From Bythopirellula sp. (GTDB lineage Bacteria > Planctomycetota > Planctomycetia > Pirellulales > Lacipirellulaceae): DNA of 64,000 nucleotides. The position numbers were made by a program, and so were the translations under genes. Location of the stretch: the NCBI GenBank assembly GCA_965216565.1, contig OZ244170.1:2976001-3040000 (forward strand). The letters run 5' to 3'. Shown here one piece after another: positions 9,509 to 19,443 of this stretch (position 1 is its first letter; the number at the start of each line of letters is the position of its first letter). The notes under the pieces are model-generated. The model saw nothing but the letters and a program-made list of their open reading frames with translations, was not told where the DNA came from and did no database searches.

Positions 9509-11792
9509 CTCTTGTGAAGAACGTTACCAAATCGCGCAGGTCTTCGACCGTCAGCGACTTCTCCAGGCCTGCCGGCATAAGTGAAATAGGACTGGGCTGC
9601 CGGAGCACGACTGACTTGCTCTCCAGCTCGAATCTTCGGCCTGCCGAGTCGGCGTAGTATTCTTTGCCATCGTCGCCGCCCTTGGGCAATCTAAGACCTA
9701 CGTGCGTTTTGCCATCGTCGATTTGGAGAATCATCGGTTGGTAGTGCGGCGCGACTTCGCGGCTGGGATCGAGGATCGATTCGATAATCTTCGCTCGACT
9801 GCTGCCGTCCGCGAGGTTAGTTAGATCGGGCCCCACCTGCCCTCCCCTGCCGCCGTGCCGATGGCAGGCACTGCACTGGGGGCCGACCGGGCTGAAAAAA
9901 AGTCGCCGTCCCGAGGCAGCGTCACCTGATTCCGCAAGCAACTTTTCCCAAGCGTTCAAGTCAGATGCAGGCGGAATCTCCTCGTCGACCGGTCGCGTTT
10001 GGCCAGCTAGTCGGAGCACGCGCTTTGCCTCCTGCTGCAATGCACCGGCACCGTCTTTGGATAGTTGCTCAAATAGTTGGCGATGCTCCTGCCAAGCGGC
10101 AGACAGCCCAACGACCGCTTCGACGCGCATTTCCTCAGCAAGCGATTCGTAACCCACAATCTCGCGAAGCAAGCCAAACCGCTCCGCGTCCGAACGGGCA
10201 GCGAGAGTTCGCACTGCTTCCAAGCGGAGCTCCGCTGATTTAGATGCAAGAAACTTTCGCAATCGGTCCAACGTCAGATCTTTGTAATCAGGCGATATTA
10301 GCCGGAGTGCCAAGGCCTTCGACGAATCTGAGCGGTTGCTGTTACGAAGCTCTCTGGCCAGCAGCCCATCGTTGATGCCGCTGTGGCGCGGTTTCTTCTC
10401 GCCCTCGAGCCAGTCGATCGCCCCCAGGATCGCCATGTAGTAGCGTTCACTGGGCGGTGAATCCCGTAGTAGTGACTTCACTTCGTCGGTTAGTTCCGTG
10501 ACTCGCTCCTCCGCAATCCAGCGTACCCCGAACAAGCGGACGTCTGGGTCGCTGGACTGGAGTGCCTTGCGGAGCAACTCGATCAATTGCTCGGCCTCCG
10601 TCTGACGGAGCCAACGTTTCTCAACGAGTTCTTCCAGTGCTGGGTTGATTGCCGGAGTTTGGACGGGTCCCGTCGGTATTCCAGCGTTCATATCGGCGGG
10701 CAGGGTCAGCTTCCAAATGCGTCCTTTGCCATGCACGGGATAGCTGCGGTCGACCCAATCGCCGAAGACCAGGGAACCGTCTGGAGCGATGGCCATGCCC
10801 GTGGGTCGAAAGTCAGATTCACCCTGCACAACAACTGTCATCGCCGCTGCGAGCTGGCCATCGGCTTGTTTACTCAACTCGTAGCGCTCGATACGATGAT
10901 CGCCCCAACTCGTCACCCACAAGTAGCCCCGATGAGCGATCACCGCGGTAGGAGCTTCGCCCGTCCCGCAAACCATGGGGAGAGTCCCAGGCAGTTCCCC
11001 ATCCCAGGCCAACAGTGGATGCACCCCGGCACGTCCGTACTCAAATCGAAAACCGTAATCGGCCCGTTCGACCACATCAATCAGTCGGCAGGGAGGCATA
11101 GCATCGGGATCGTTGTCTACGGCAAACAGTCGCTCCTTCGCCAGACATAGACTAAACGGATTCCAAAAGCCGGTGGCATAGGGCTCGATCTGCTCGCCCT
11201 TCCAACCGCAGCGAAAAACACGGCCCGCTCCCCCGTGATCGGAGAATGAACTTCCGTCCGACCCCACCAAGCGGTAAGCAACACCGAAGTTTTCACCCAA
11301 ACCCAAGTAAAGTCCGTCGTCACTAAGGGCAATGCCACTTAGCGCGTTGTGAGGATACTCTTCCTTCGTTTCGAGTCGAACGATTACCTCATCCTCGTCA
11401 GCCACACCGTCGTTATTAGTATCCTGAAGCAAATGCACTTCGCCCCGGGTGACGACATACACCGCCCCATCGGGCCGCACGGCGATATTCAGTGCGTGGC
11501 GATAGCCTTCGGCAAAGGTGCTCCAGGCGTCGAGCGTGCCATCACCATTCGAGTCCGCAAGCATCCGGATGCGGTCGCCACCGGGACCTTTGTAATCGTC
11601 CGTGCGCTTGTGCGTATGCGACTCGACAATCAGCAGCCGACCCTCGCTGTCAAAAGCGACGCCCACCGGGGTGACGATTTCTGGCTCCCTGGCGACCCGT
11701 TCCAGCACACACCCTTCGACGAGGACGCGCGGTTCCGCAGCGTGGGTCGAAAGCGCAATTGTTAGCGGCAACAGCCCGAGCCAGTATTTCAT
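9477..11792 (-). CDS. PVC-type haem-binding CxxCH protein (beta-propeller dehydrogenase-like domain, HEAT repeats, cytochrome c)
   Basis: Signal peptide from ATG 11792; REPEIVTP propeller start; HEAT-like repeats; C-terminal CSACH...GPDL...SLMP. Confidence 0.88.
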   Translation of the reverse strand: MKYWLGLLPLTIALSTHAAEPRVLVEGCVLERVAREPEIVTPVGVAFDSEGRLLIVESHTHKRTDDYKGPGGDRIRMLADSNGDGTLDAWSTFAEGYRHALNIAVRPDGAVYVVTRGEVHLLQDTNNDGVADEDEVIVRLETKEEYPHNALSGIALSDDGLYLGLGENFGVAYRLVGSDGSSFSDHGGAGRVFRCGWKGEQIEPYATGFWNPFSLCLAKERLFAVDNDPDAMPPCRLIDVVERADYGFRFEYGRAGVHPLLAWDGELPGTLPMVCGTGEAPTAVIAHRGYLWVTSWGDHRIERYELSKQADGQLAAAMTVVVQGESDFRPTGMAIAPDGSLVFGDWVDRSYPVHGKGRIWKLTLPADMNAGIPTGPVQTPAINPALEELVEKRWLRQTEAEQLIELLRKALQSSDPDVRLFGVRWIAEERVTELTDEVKSLLRDSPPSERYYMAILGAIDWLEGEKKPRHSGINDGLLARELRNSNRSDSSKALALRLISPDYKDLTLDRLRKFLASKSAELRLEAVRTLAARSDAERFGLLREIVGYESLAEEMRVEAVVGLSAAWQEHRQLFEQLSKDGAGALQQEAKRVLRLAGQTRPVDEEIPPASDLNAWEKLLAESGDAASGRRLFFSPVGPQCSACHRHGGRGGQVGPDLTNLADGSSRAKIIESILDPSREVAPHYQPMILQIDDGKTHVGLRLPKGGDDGKEYYADSAGRRFELESKSVVLRQPSPISLMPAGLEKSLTVEDLRDLVTFFTRANRRSWPNQQ

Positions 11793-12361
11793 AAAGTGGG
11801 GCCTGTGGGCCACAGCCAGGCGAAGATAGCACCGGCGATCGATGCTTGGATGACGCCTTCGATAACGTGGCCGACAATTCGGTTTTTAAACCAAATTGCA
11901 TGAGGCACGATTGCTGCTGTGAATGTTAAGAATGCGGCTGTTGATATGAATCGAAAGACGGGCGTAAACCCAGCGTCAATGGGCAGTGCAAGTGTGGCCA
12001 GATACGCCAAGCAGAAGTTGACGACGAGCAAATATCCAACTTGGCAACCGAGGTTGGCTCCCATATTTGGAGGACCGTTCCACACTTGGATGGCGCCGAA
12101 GGTGTTGTTCTCCAGCGCCTTCTTGTACTCGGCACTCTTCGTAGCCTCGGCGTCGGGAGCGTGAGGAACCATGAAGTTACCACTCGGCAACTTCATTTCA
12201 GCCATCTTGTCGAGGAATTCACTTTCGTTAGGCAACTTTTGCCAATCTGCTTTGTGTAGTGGAATGATCATCCAGCAAACGAAACCAGAAAAGAACAAAG
12301 CGGCTGTCGTTAGCAGAATTGGCAGCCATAGCGAAAAGGTACTTACCGTTGATTCGAGCAT
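11789..12361 (-). CDS. Hypothetical membrane protein (about 4 TM)
   Basis: Hydrophobic helices; GGAG SD; ATGA overlap with the downstream gene. Confidence 0.8.
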   Translation of the reverse strand: MLESTVSTFSLWLPILLTTAALFFSGFVCWMIIPLHKADWQKLPNESEFLDKMAEMKLPSGNFMVPHAPDAEATKSAEYKKALENNTFGAIQVWNGPPNMGANLGCQVGYLLVVNFCLAYLATLALPIDAGFTPVFRFISTAAFLTFTAAIVPHAIWFKNRIVGHVIEGVIQASIAGAIFAWLWPTGPTL

Positions 12362-12380
12362 TGTCCACTCTCCTTTGAAA

Positions 12381-12755
12381 TTAGGATGGCGTTTCGATTG
12401 CGTGCTGTTGTAAATCCTCGAGGTCGACGAATTCTAGGGTTGAGATATGGGTAGCCTCCAGATCCACGGGCGGTGCGAAACCAGCCTCCAACGCCTGCTT
12501 CCAACGTTGGGCGCACAAGCACCATCGGTTGCCAGCTACCAAGCCAGGAAACGAGTACATCGGGTTGGGCGTGCTCAGGTCGTTCCCCACATGCTGCGAG
12601 AACGCCAGAAACTCATCACTCACCTGAACGCAAACCAGATGTAGCCCGACATCTTCCTTGCCGGTGCGGCAACAGCCGTCCCGGTAGAAGCCGGTCATCG
12701 GATCGGTGCTACACGTCTGCAATTCGGTGCCGAGGACATTTTTTGGTTGAGACAT
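12381..12755 (-). CDS. DUF2237 family protein
   Basis: NVLG..L..CS.DPMTGFYRDGCC, GNDLSTP and RWCLCA.RW motifs. Confidence 0.92.
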   Translation of the reverse strand: MSQPKNVLGTELQTCSTDPMTGFYRDGCCRTGKEDVGLHLVCVQVSDEFLAFSQHVGNDLSTPNPMYSFPGLVAGNRWCLCAQRWKQALEAGFAPPVDLEATHISTLEFVDLEDLQQHAIETPS

Positions 12756-12977
12756 GCTTTTAATCGAACGTTGAAATTCTAAGAGATGGGGCCAACCGCA
12801 ATGTTAACCGCAGGGAACGGGAACCTGCAATCCTTTCGCGGTGTCCAAAACGCCCTCGCCTACTGCAATAGCTTGCCAAGCAGATATCTATCTGTAAACC
12901 TAAGCATTAGCCCCGCAATAGGCACAGCCAGCCGAGCGAACCGGACCGATTCACCCAAAATAAATCAGGAATTCTCC

Positions 12978-13259
12978 ATGTTCACTGTTAACGAATACTT
13001 CGATGGCAAGGTCAAATCGATTGCTTTTCAAACCGCCACCTTGCCCGCCACGATCGGCGTCATGGCAATCGGCGAATACGAATTTTCCACCGACAAACAC
13101 GAAACCATCACCGTCGTGAGTGGCAAACTCACCGTGAAGCTTCCCGGCAGCGACGCTTGGCAGGACTACCCCGCCGGCAAAGTTTTTGAGGTCGCGGCGA
13201 ATCAGAAATTCCAACTACAGGTCGAGGAAGCTACTGCTTACCTCTGCACCTATGCGTAA
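12978..13259 (+). CDS. ppnP: Pyrimidine/purine nucleoside phosphorylase (YaiE/DUF1255)
   Basis: [17 protein letters not shown]...GEYEFST...AYLC; AGGA SD before ATG 12978. Confidence 0.93.
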   Translation: MFTVNEYFDGKVKSIAFQTATLPATIGVMAIGEYEFSTDKHETITVVSGKLTVKLPGSDAWQDYPAGKVFEVAANQKFQLQVEEATAYLCTYA

Positions 13260-13307
13260 ATACGGATCTAACTGATCCTAACTTCTGTCCATGAGTGGAG
13301 ATCACCA

Positions 13308-14969
13308 ATGTCTATTCGCTCGCTACGAAAATCCATCGTCTTGCTAGTTGTTCTCAGCGTCAGTACTTACCTGGCTGCTGAATGCGCCTCTGCCGAGACT
13401 GAAGACTACTACGACATCGGAGACTTTCAATACCAGGTATCAACCGATTCGCCCGAAGCTCAACTGTGGTTCGATCGTGGGCTGGCCATGTGTTATGGAT
13501 TCAATCACGAGGAGGCGATCCGCTGCTTTGAAAAAGCTCTGCAGCACGATCCCGGTTTGGCCATGGCCTACTGGGGCATGGCTTACGCATGGGGGCCGAA
13601 CTTCAACAACATGTTGATCGAACCCCCACAAATGGCCCAGGCCGACTTGGCAATTCGCATAGCCAGCCTGCACACCGCTAAAGCAACGGACAAAGAAAAG
13701 GCCCTCATCGAAGCACTAGCCAGCCGATACCAAACGCCATTGCCCGCAGATCGCGACGCACTCAATCAGGCCTACGCCGACGCCATGAGACAGGTTTACC
13801 AGAATCATGGCAACGACCCGCTCGTGATTACGCTCTTTGCCGAATCACTAATGAATCTTCAGCCTTGGAAGCACTGGAGCGCCGCGGGCGAACCGGGACC
13901 ACACACGGAAGAGATCACCGCAGTGCTAGAGAAGGGCCTGGAAAAACACCCCGGCTACCCCGGCATGGCGCATCTTTATATCCACGCTATGGAAGCCTCG
14001 CCAACGCCTGAAAAGGCATTGCCCATTGCCGACGAACTCCGCTACGCCATGCCAGGCCTGGGCCACATGGTCCACATGCCGACGCACATCGACATTTGGC
14101 TAGGCGACTACGAGCAGGTCGTCGACTCGAATCTCGAGGCCATTGATGCCGACACTGCATTTCTCGAGCGCGAAGGCCCCTACAACTTCTACTCGCTGTA
14201 CCGAATTCACAATTATCACTTTGTGGTGTACGGCGCGATGTTCGATGGCCAAAGCGAACTGGCGCTCCAGACGGCCCGGGAACTCAACGAGCAAATCCCA
14301 GAAGACATGCTCCGCGCCCAGGTCGACTTTCTCGATGCCTTTATGCCCACCGCCATCCATGTTCTCGTGCGGTTTGGCCAGTGGGACGAAATTCTCGAAG
14401 AGCCGCAGCCCCCCGAGTATCTACCGATGTCGCGTTCTGTTTGGCGCTACGCCCGGGCGCTCGCCTATGCCGCCACCGGCCGCGTCGACGATGCCGAGAT
14501 CGAACAGCAGGAATTTATCGAACAACGAGAACAAGTGCCCGACACAAGTTTTCTTTTCCAAAACCCATCGCAAAATATTCTAGGCATCGCTGAGGAAATG
14601 ATCGCCGGCGAGATCGCCTATCGCCGGGGCGAATTCGACGAAGCGTTCGAACATCTCCGCGAAGCAATCCGGCTGGACGATGGCCTTAACTACGACGAAC
14701 CGTGGGGCTGGATGCAACCGGCACGCCATGCACTGGGGGCATTACTTCTCGAACAAGGCAACTTCAAAGAAAGCGAAGCCGTCTACCGCGAAGACCTCCG
14801 GCGCCACCCCAAGAACCCTTGGGCCCTGCACGGCCTGAGCGAAGCACTCCGCAAACAAGGCAAGACCGACGAAGCCGCCCAGTGCCGAAAGCAGTTTGCG
14901 GAAGCCTCTGAGCGCACGGATGTAAAGATTGATCGGTCTTGCTATTGCCGGTTGGAGGCGGAGGAGTGA
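13308..14969 (+). CDS. Secreted TPR-repeat protein with His-rich motifs
   Basis: Signal peptide; TPR helices; HLYIH, GHMVHMPTH and HNYH motifs. Confidence 0.85.
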   Translation: MSIRSLRKSIVLLVVLSVSTYLAAECASAETEDYYDIGDFQYQVSTDSPEAQLWFDRGLAMCYGFNHEEAIRCFEKALQHDPGLAMAYWGMAYAWGPNFNNMLIEPPQMAQADLAIRIASLHTAKATDKEKALIEALASRYQTPLPADRDALNQAYADAMRQVYQNHGNDPLVITLFAESLMNLQPWKHWSAAGEPGPHTEEITAVLEKGLEKHPGYPGMAHLYIHAMEASPTPEKALPIADELRYAMPGLGHMVHMPTHIDIWLGDYEQVVDSNLEAIDADTAFLEREGPYNFYSLYRIHNYHFVVYGAMFDGQSELALQTARELNEQIPEDMLRAQVDFLDAFMPTAIHVLVRFGQWDEILEEPQPPEYLPMSRSVWRYARALAYAATGRVDDAEIEQQEFIEQREQVPDTSFLFQNPSQNILGIAEEMIAGEIAYRRGEFDEAFEHLREAIRLDDGLNYDEPWGWMQPARHALGALLLEQGNFKESEAVYREDLRRHPKNPWALHGLSEALRKQGKTDEAAQCRKQFAEASERTDVKIDRSCYCRLEAEE

Positions 14970-15087
14970 TGCTGTTCAACGCAGAGTGCGCTGAGGAGCA
15001 GAGGGCCGCGGAGAACGATTGGTTCCTTCCCTAGATGGGGAGGGTTAGAAAGGGGTGCCATGAGAAAGTACATTTTGAGAGCTTGGC

Positions 15088-15750
15088 ATGACTGACAATC
15101 CATCTGATGATCACACCAGGATCAGCCTAAGCTGGTTACTTAAACTGGTGGCTATCTTCTGTGTTATTTTCGGTATATGGAAACTTAATGAGCCAGTCCC
15201 CGAGCCTCCTCCGGTTAAACCAGAGGGCTGGGACAATTTTAGACTGATCCACAGTCAGCAGGCGCTCGACATCATCTCCTCACCGGATCGAGTTATTGCC
15301 TATCAGCTACGGCAATTGCGGGGATTCAATGACGATCCAGAAAAAGACTTTGAGTCTCTGTCAAATCCTATAGAACTCGATAACGCGTCGGTCAGCCGGT
15401 TGTCTTCTTGCCTAAAGAAATTGGGAATGACTGAATCAGACAAACAACTTTACTATTTGTGGGCACCTCAATATAGTCTCAGGCTAGAGTTCATGAAGAA
15501 TGGGAATATTGTAAATGTGTATTTCGATTTAGAAAGTAAATTATCGAGAGTAAGAGTTTTCCATAAGAACAGATCGGTCGGTGGTTTTTATGGGAATGAT
15601 AAAGTTTTTACAACTGACCAGTCTTTGCAGATAGAGTTGGCGGTCTTATTCAGTCTAGCAGACAAGATTCGTTTACAACTTCTCGAGGCAGAACAATCCG
15701 ACTCAAAGGAACTAAAAGAGAGATCTATGTTTAGTGGAAATCTCAAGTAA
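15088..15750 (+). CDS. Hypothetical membrane-anchored protein (AT-rich)
   Basis: 220-aa ORF with an N-terminal TM segment, in low-GC sequence. Confidence 0.65.
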   Translation: MTDNPSDDHTRISLSWLLKLVAIFCVIFGIWKLNEPVPEPPPVKPEGWDNFRLIHSQQALDIISSPDRVIAYQLRQLRGFNDDPEKDFESLSNPIELDNASVSRLSSCLKKLGMTESDKQLYYLWAPQYSLRLEFMKNGNIVNVYFDLESKLSRVRVFHKNRSVGGFYGNDKVFTTDQSLQIELAVLFSLADKIRLQLLEAEQSDSKELKERSMFSGNLK

Positions 15751-15817
15751 CTTATTTGCATGCACTGATGCTCCTCATCAAATGCATCTAACTCGCTCTT
15801 AGTCGTGAGACACTCTG

Positions 15818-16210
15818 CTACATCCTGCCCCATCTTGCATTCCAAGCAATGTCAGCAAAGATAATAGGGATTAGGACAAGGAGAAAAAAGCCAAACAGTA
15901 AAAGTAGCCCTCGCCAGCCTCGGGTCCAAATTAGGTAACCGGGGAGAGCCAAAAACCAACCCAGATAGACCATCAGCCCAAAATCATAGCAAGGGGTGCA
16001 ACGGCGGCTTTGGGCATCCCATACGACCCAAAATAAAATGGCGAAGGGAACCGCATAGACCGAGAAGAATTCAGCCACAGGTGAGAACGGCACGCCGAAG
16101 TACACATAAATACAATTGAAGGCAGTTACGGCTAGAGTCAAAAAGAGGAGCCAAGCGTAAGGTTGCCGAAAAGGCCAAACGCCATTCGAAGAAGAGCTGC
16201 GCATTTGCAT
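15818..16210 (-). CDS. Hypothetical membrane protein
   Basis: About 4 hydrophobic segments; start position uncertain. Confidence 0.65.
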   Translation of the reverse strand: MQMRSSSSNGVWPFRQPYAWLLFLTLAVTAFNCIYVYFGVPFSPVAEFFSVYAVPFAILFWVVWDAQSRRCTPCYDFGLMVYLGWFLALPGYLIWTRGWRGLLLLFGFFLLVLIPIIFADIAWNARWGRM

Positions 16211-16334
16211 TTCCGCTAAGGTGCCAGTTGCTCCTCAGTGTACCAGAATTCACTCAAGAGCCAATCTCTGACGCATAATCAAATTCTCTGTGCCCTCCGT
16301 GTCCTCTGTGGCAAATCAAATTGCCAACGTGATT

Positions 16335-17066
16335 TTACAACCGCCGCCCTTCATAGACCGTCACCGGCGAGCCCTCGGCTACAAACGCCGAGCTGGGGGG
16401 GCCGCTGAGTGGTTCGATGAACTGCTGGCCGTAGAGCGCTGCGACGTTGCACTCGAATTCCGAATGACTCACCTGCCACACTCGCCAGGGCTTGTGGCTG
16501 ACGTGGTATTCACTGGTCGTGCCGTCACGGCGAGCCGTGTAGCCCCAATAGTGCTCGGCAATGAATTCTTCTTCGCTACCGGCAACCAGGGGCTGAGCTT
16601 CCCCCGTGGTTTCCGCCCTGAGACGCTGCCAGCTTCCGGCGGACTTCCACTCGTATTCGACGCGGCCCGGCACCCCGGGTTCTTCTGGACGGGGCGTGAT
16701 CGCGTACCGCATTGGGGCGTAACAGAACTTCTCGTCATAAAACGTACGCGCCACAAACGCTACCATCCGCCGCGGCACGAGCTCTTTCACAAACACCACC
16801 CCCCGCCGCCAACCATCCTGCTCGTGGTGATAGCGCACGTAAAAACGCAAATTGAGCTCGGCGAAATGTCGGTAGAATGGAAATCCGATGCCCAACACGC
16901 GCGTATCGTGATACAGAAACCCCACCATGCTGGCCATTGTGCGACCTGCAAACGTATCCAACTCCGTCCCCGCCGGGACATACGGCAGGAGGATCGCTGG
17001 ATCCATTTCGTAGTTAAGCATCGCCAGATGCGACCAGCGTGATGTGAGAAACGACTTGCCTGCCAT
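16335..17066 (-). CDS. YqjF/DUF2071 family protein
   Basis: W..LAMLNY, F.ELNLRFYV, GVVF, EHYWGY and H.PW motifs. Confidence 0.9.
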   Translation of the reverse strand: MAGKSFLTSRWSHLAMLNYEMDPAILLPYVPAGTELDTFAGRTMASMVGFLYHDTRVLGIGFPFYRHFAELNLRFYVRYHHEQDGWRRGVVFVKELVPRRMVAFVARTFYDEKFCYAPMRYAITPRPEEPGVPGRVEYEWKSAGSWQRLRAETTGEAQPLVAGSEEEFIAEHYWGYTARRDGTTSEYHVSHKPWRVWQVSHSEFECNVAALYGQQFIEPLSGPPSSAFVAEGSPVTVYEGRRL

Positions 17067-17196
17067 ATTTCATCTCGGTTACATATTGTTCCGCCAGACC
17101 AACCGCAGCAGTGGCTGGATTGTAACCGAATCGAGAGAGCTTCAGCCATGCGACTCGTGCAGTCGCGGCTGTACCAAGCATTCACGTCGATCCGCG

Positions 17197-17715
17197 CTAG
17201 TCGCGGGCAGCATCTTCCTGCAATTGACGTCGCACCTGGGCGTAATGCGCGGCGGCGCGGACGATTTCCAGATTCTGAAAATCGTATTGCTGACGGGTGC
17301 TACGCATCAGTGCGATCCGATCGTCCTTGAGTTGCCGCAGCCGGGACTCAGCCGCGCGGAGCGAAAGCAGATGACTCTCCGCCGCAGTGCGAACGGGAGA
17401 GTACTCGCCCACGCGTAGGAAGGGTCGGTAGTCGCGAAGTCGGCGGTGCAGGATCGCGATTTCCGTCTCAGCCAGTCGAACTTGCTCGTCCAATCTTCGC
17501 CGCGTATTGGGAAGCACTACGTGCTGGTAGTTCCGAACCCGCGCCTGTGCCGCTTTGTAGGCGATATGGGCCTCGACCAATTCGGGAGTAATAACAACGC
17601 GGCCTTGAACAGGCTCCGCAGTCGGCTCAGCCGTTTGTTCCTTGGCATTGGCACCAGCAGTGCTGACAAAGGTGAGCAAGAGCAGAAGACTAGGGACAGC
17701 AATAAAAATTCGCAT
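17197..17715 (-). CDS. Hypothetical secreted coiled-coil protein
   Basis: Signal peptide ending ANA; GGAG SD; helical Arg-rich body. Confidence 0.75.
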   Translation of the reverse strand: MRIFIAVPSLLLLLTFVSTAGANAKEQTAEPTAEPVQGRVVITPELVEAHIAYKAAQARVRNYQHVVLPNTRRRLDEQVRLAETEIAILHRRLRDYRPFLRVGEYSPVRTAAESHLLSLRAAESRLRQLKDDRIALMRSTRQQYDFQNLEIVRAAAHYAQVRRQLQEDAARD

Positions 17716-17938
17716 GAGATACCAACTCCGGAAGAGAGAAGAAAAGCTGTGCGGCTAACTTCCAGAGTAATTGGGCTGCCCGAGGAATTCCAATCTGGGC
17801 TCGCTATGTCGCGTTTTCGCCACATGCAACGCGAGCAATCGTTACAACGCGTAGACGAAGATCGATGGTTAATCACGGATGGACGCGAATGAGCTGGAAT
17901 CAGTAGGGTCCCGTCGCTGACGCTCCGGGCTGGCCCGA

Positions 17939-18000
17939 TGCCCCTTGCCCCTTGCCCCTTGCCCCTTGCCCCTTGCTCCTTGCTCCTTGCTCCTTGCTCC
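17939..18000. repeat. Heptamer tandem repeat (TGCCCCT)5(TGCTCCT)~4
   Basis: Directly visible; abuts the proB stop codon. Confidence 0.95.
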
Positions 18001-18001
18001 G

Positions 18002-19150
18002 CTACAGCACGATAAGATTATTACGGTGCACGACTTCCTTGTAGGGGCAATGGCCCAGTAGTTCCGCGATGCGTTCGGTGGGTTGGCCGGCAATCGTTTG
18101 CATTTCCTTGGCAGTGTAATTAGTTAATCCTCGCGCTAACTCATTCCCGCTAGAATCGCAAAGCGAAACCACGTCGCCTTTGGAAAAATCGCCCTCCGTG
18201 GAGGTCACCCCAATCGCCAACAAACTACGCCCCCCGTTTTCGATGGCAGAGACGGCCCCCTGATCGAGAACCAACTTCCCCGCTGCGTTTGCGCTCCAGC
18301 CAATCCAGCGTTTACGGGAATCGATCGACTTGCCTTCAGCAATGATCAGTGTGCCGACGTCTTCGCCTGCCAGGATACGGTCGAGAATATCATCGCAACG
18401 TCCATTGGCGATCACTACGTTTTCGCCCGCAGCGGTGGCAATACGTGCCGCCTGCAGTTTGCTTTTCATTCCACCCAGGCTGAGTTGCACAGACCCTTGG
18501 TGATTTCCATCGTACACGGCATGTTCGCCGGAGGCATCGACATCAGTTACAACCGGGATGACTTTCGAATTGGGGTCAGCAGGATCGCCTTCGTAGAGGC
18601 CGTCAATGTCCGAGAGCAACACCAGCAACGGGGCGCGAATCAGATTCGTCACCTGCGCGGCCAGACGATCGTTGTCTCCAAAGCTGGTTTGGAATTCTTC
18701 GACGCTGACAGTGTCGTTCTCATTGATGATCGGCACGGCGTCGCATTGAAACAATGCAAGCAACGTGTTCCGCACATTGAGATAGCGTCGACGATCTTGC
18801 AAATCTTCCGCGGTGAGCAGGACTTGAGCCGCGTGAAGTTGATGTGGCTCCAGCGCCTGGTTGTACGATTCAATCAACAGGCTTTGCCCAATGGCGGCGG
18901 TGGCCTGCAACTGAGCCATATCGGTCGGGCGCTGTTTGATCTCCAGACGACCTAAGCCCGCGCCCACAGCCCCACTGCTGACTAGTACCACGCGCCGTCC
19001 CGCCTGCCACAGCCGCGCGAGCTGTGCCGAAATGGCAGCGACTCGCTGGCCGTCGAGCGTACCATCACTGGCAGTCAGCACGCGTGTGCCCACCTTAACG
19101 ACCACCAGGTCGGCTTCAGACATGATTTCTTGACGAACGAGTTCGGGCAT
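18002..19150 (-). CDS. proB: Glutamate 5-kinase
   Basis: VVVKVGT, VSSGAVGAG, PIINENDTV, FGDNDRLAA, GGMKSKL; C-terminal PUA domain. Confidence 0.97.
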   Translation of the reverse strand: MPELVRQEIMSEADLVVVKVGTRVLTASDGTLDGQRVAAISAQLARLWQAGRRVVLVSSGAVGAGLGRLEIKQRPTDMAQLQATAAIGQSLLIESYNQALEPHQLHAAQVLLTAEDLQDRRRYLNVRNTLLALFQCDAVPIINENDTVSVEEFQTSFGDNDRLAAQVTNLIRAPLLVLLSDIDGLYEGDPADPNSKVIPVVTDVDASGEHAVYDGNHQGSVQLSLGGMKSKLQAARIATAAGENVVIANGRCDDILDRILAGEDVGTLIIAEGKSIDSRKRWIGWSANAAGKLVLDQGAVSAIENGGRSLLAIGVTSTEGDFSKGDVVSLCDSSGNELARGLTNYTAKEMQTIAGQPTERIAELLGHCPYKEVVHRNNLIVL

Positions 19151-19297
19151 TTGATTTAGGGATGCGGATTTCGGATTGCGGATAGGAGTTTTTGGCTATG
19201 ATTTGCCCCGTCTGTCCCTACTTCTCCCGCGTAGGTAACCAAACCTCCAGCCTACCCCCTCCTGCCTTCAGCCTCTAGCCAGGAAATACTGTACATA

Positions 19298-19325
19298 TGC
19301 TCTTGCGAACATGTACGGACGTATA
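19298..19325 (+). promoter_or_regulatory. Putative tandem LexA operators overlapping the lexA promoter
   Basis: TGCTC-ttgc-GAACA then TGTAC-ggac-GTATA; overlaps TTGCGA (19303) and lies next to TATGAT (19327). Confidence 0.6.
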
Positions 19326-19443
19326 TTATGATGGCCACAGCACTTGCAGCGAGCTACGTCCCGCGCCCATGAAGTCCCGCACTCGTGAATCTCCCTCCTG
19401 CATTTCGCTGCTTACCCGTGACTCACCTACGCAAGGCCGACCC

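Noticed and set aside
19297..19443. N-terminal extensions in the ORF track (lexA here; also 3662, 12786, 41580, 42723, 59637, 59946)
   Set aside because: Family homology and SD position begin at downstream starts; the extensions cover promoter or leader DNA
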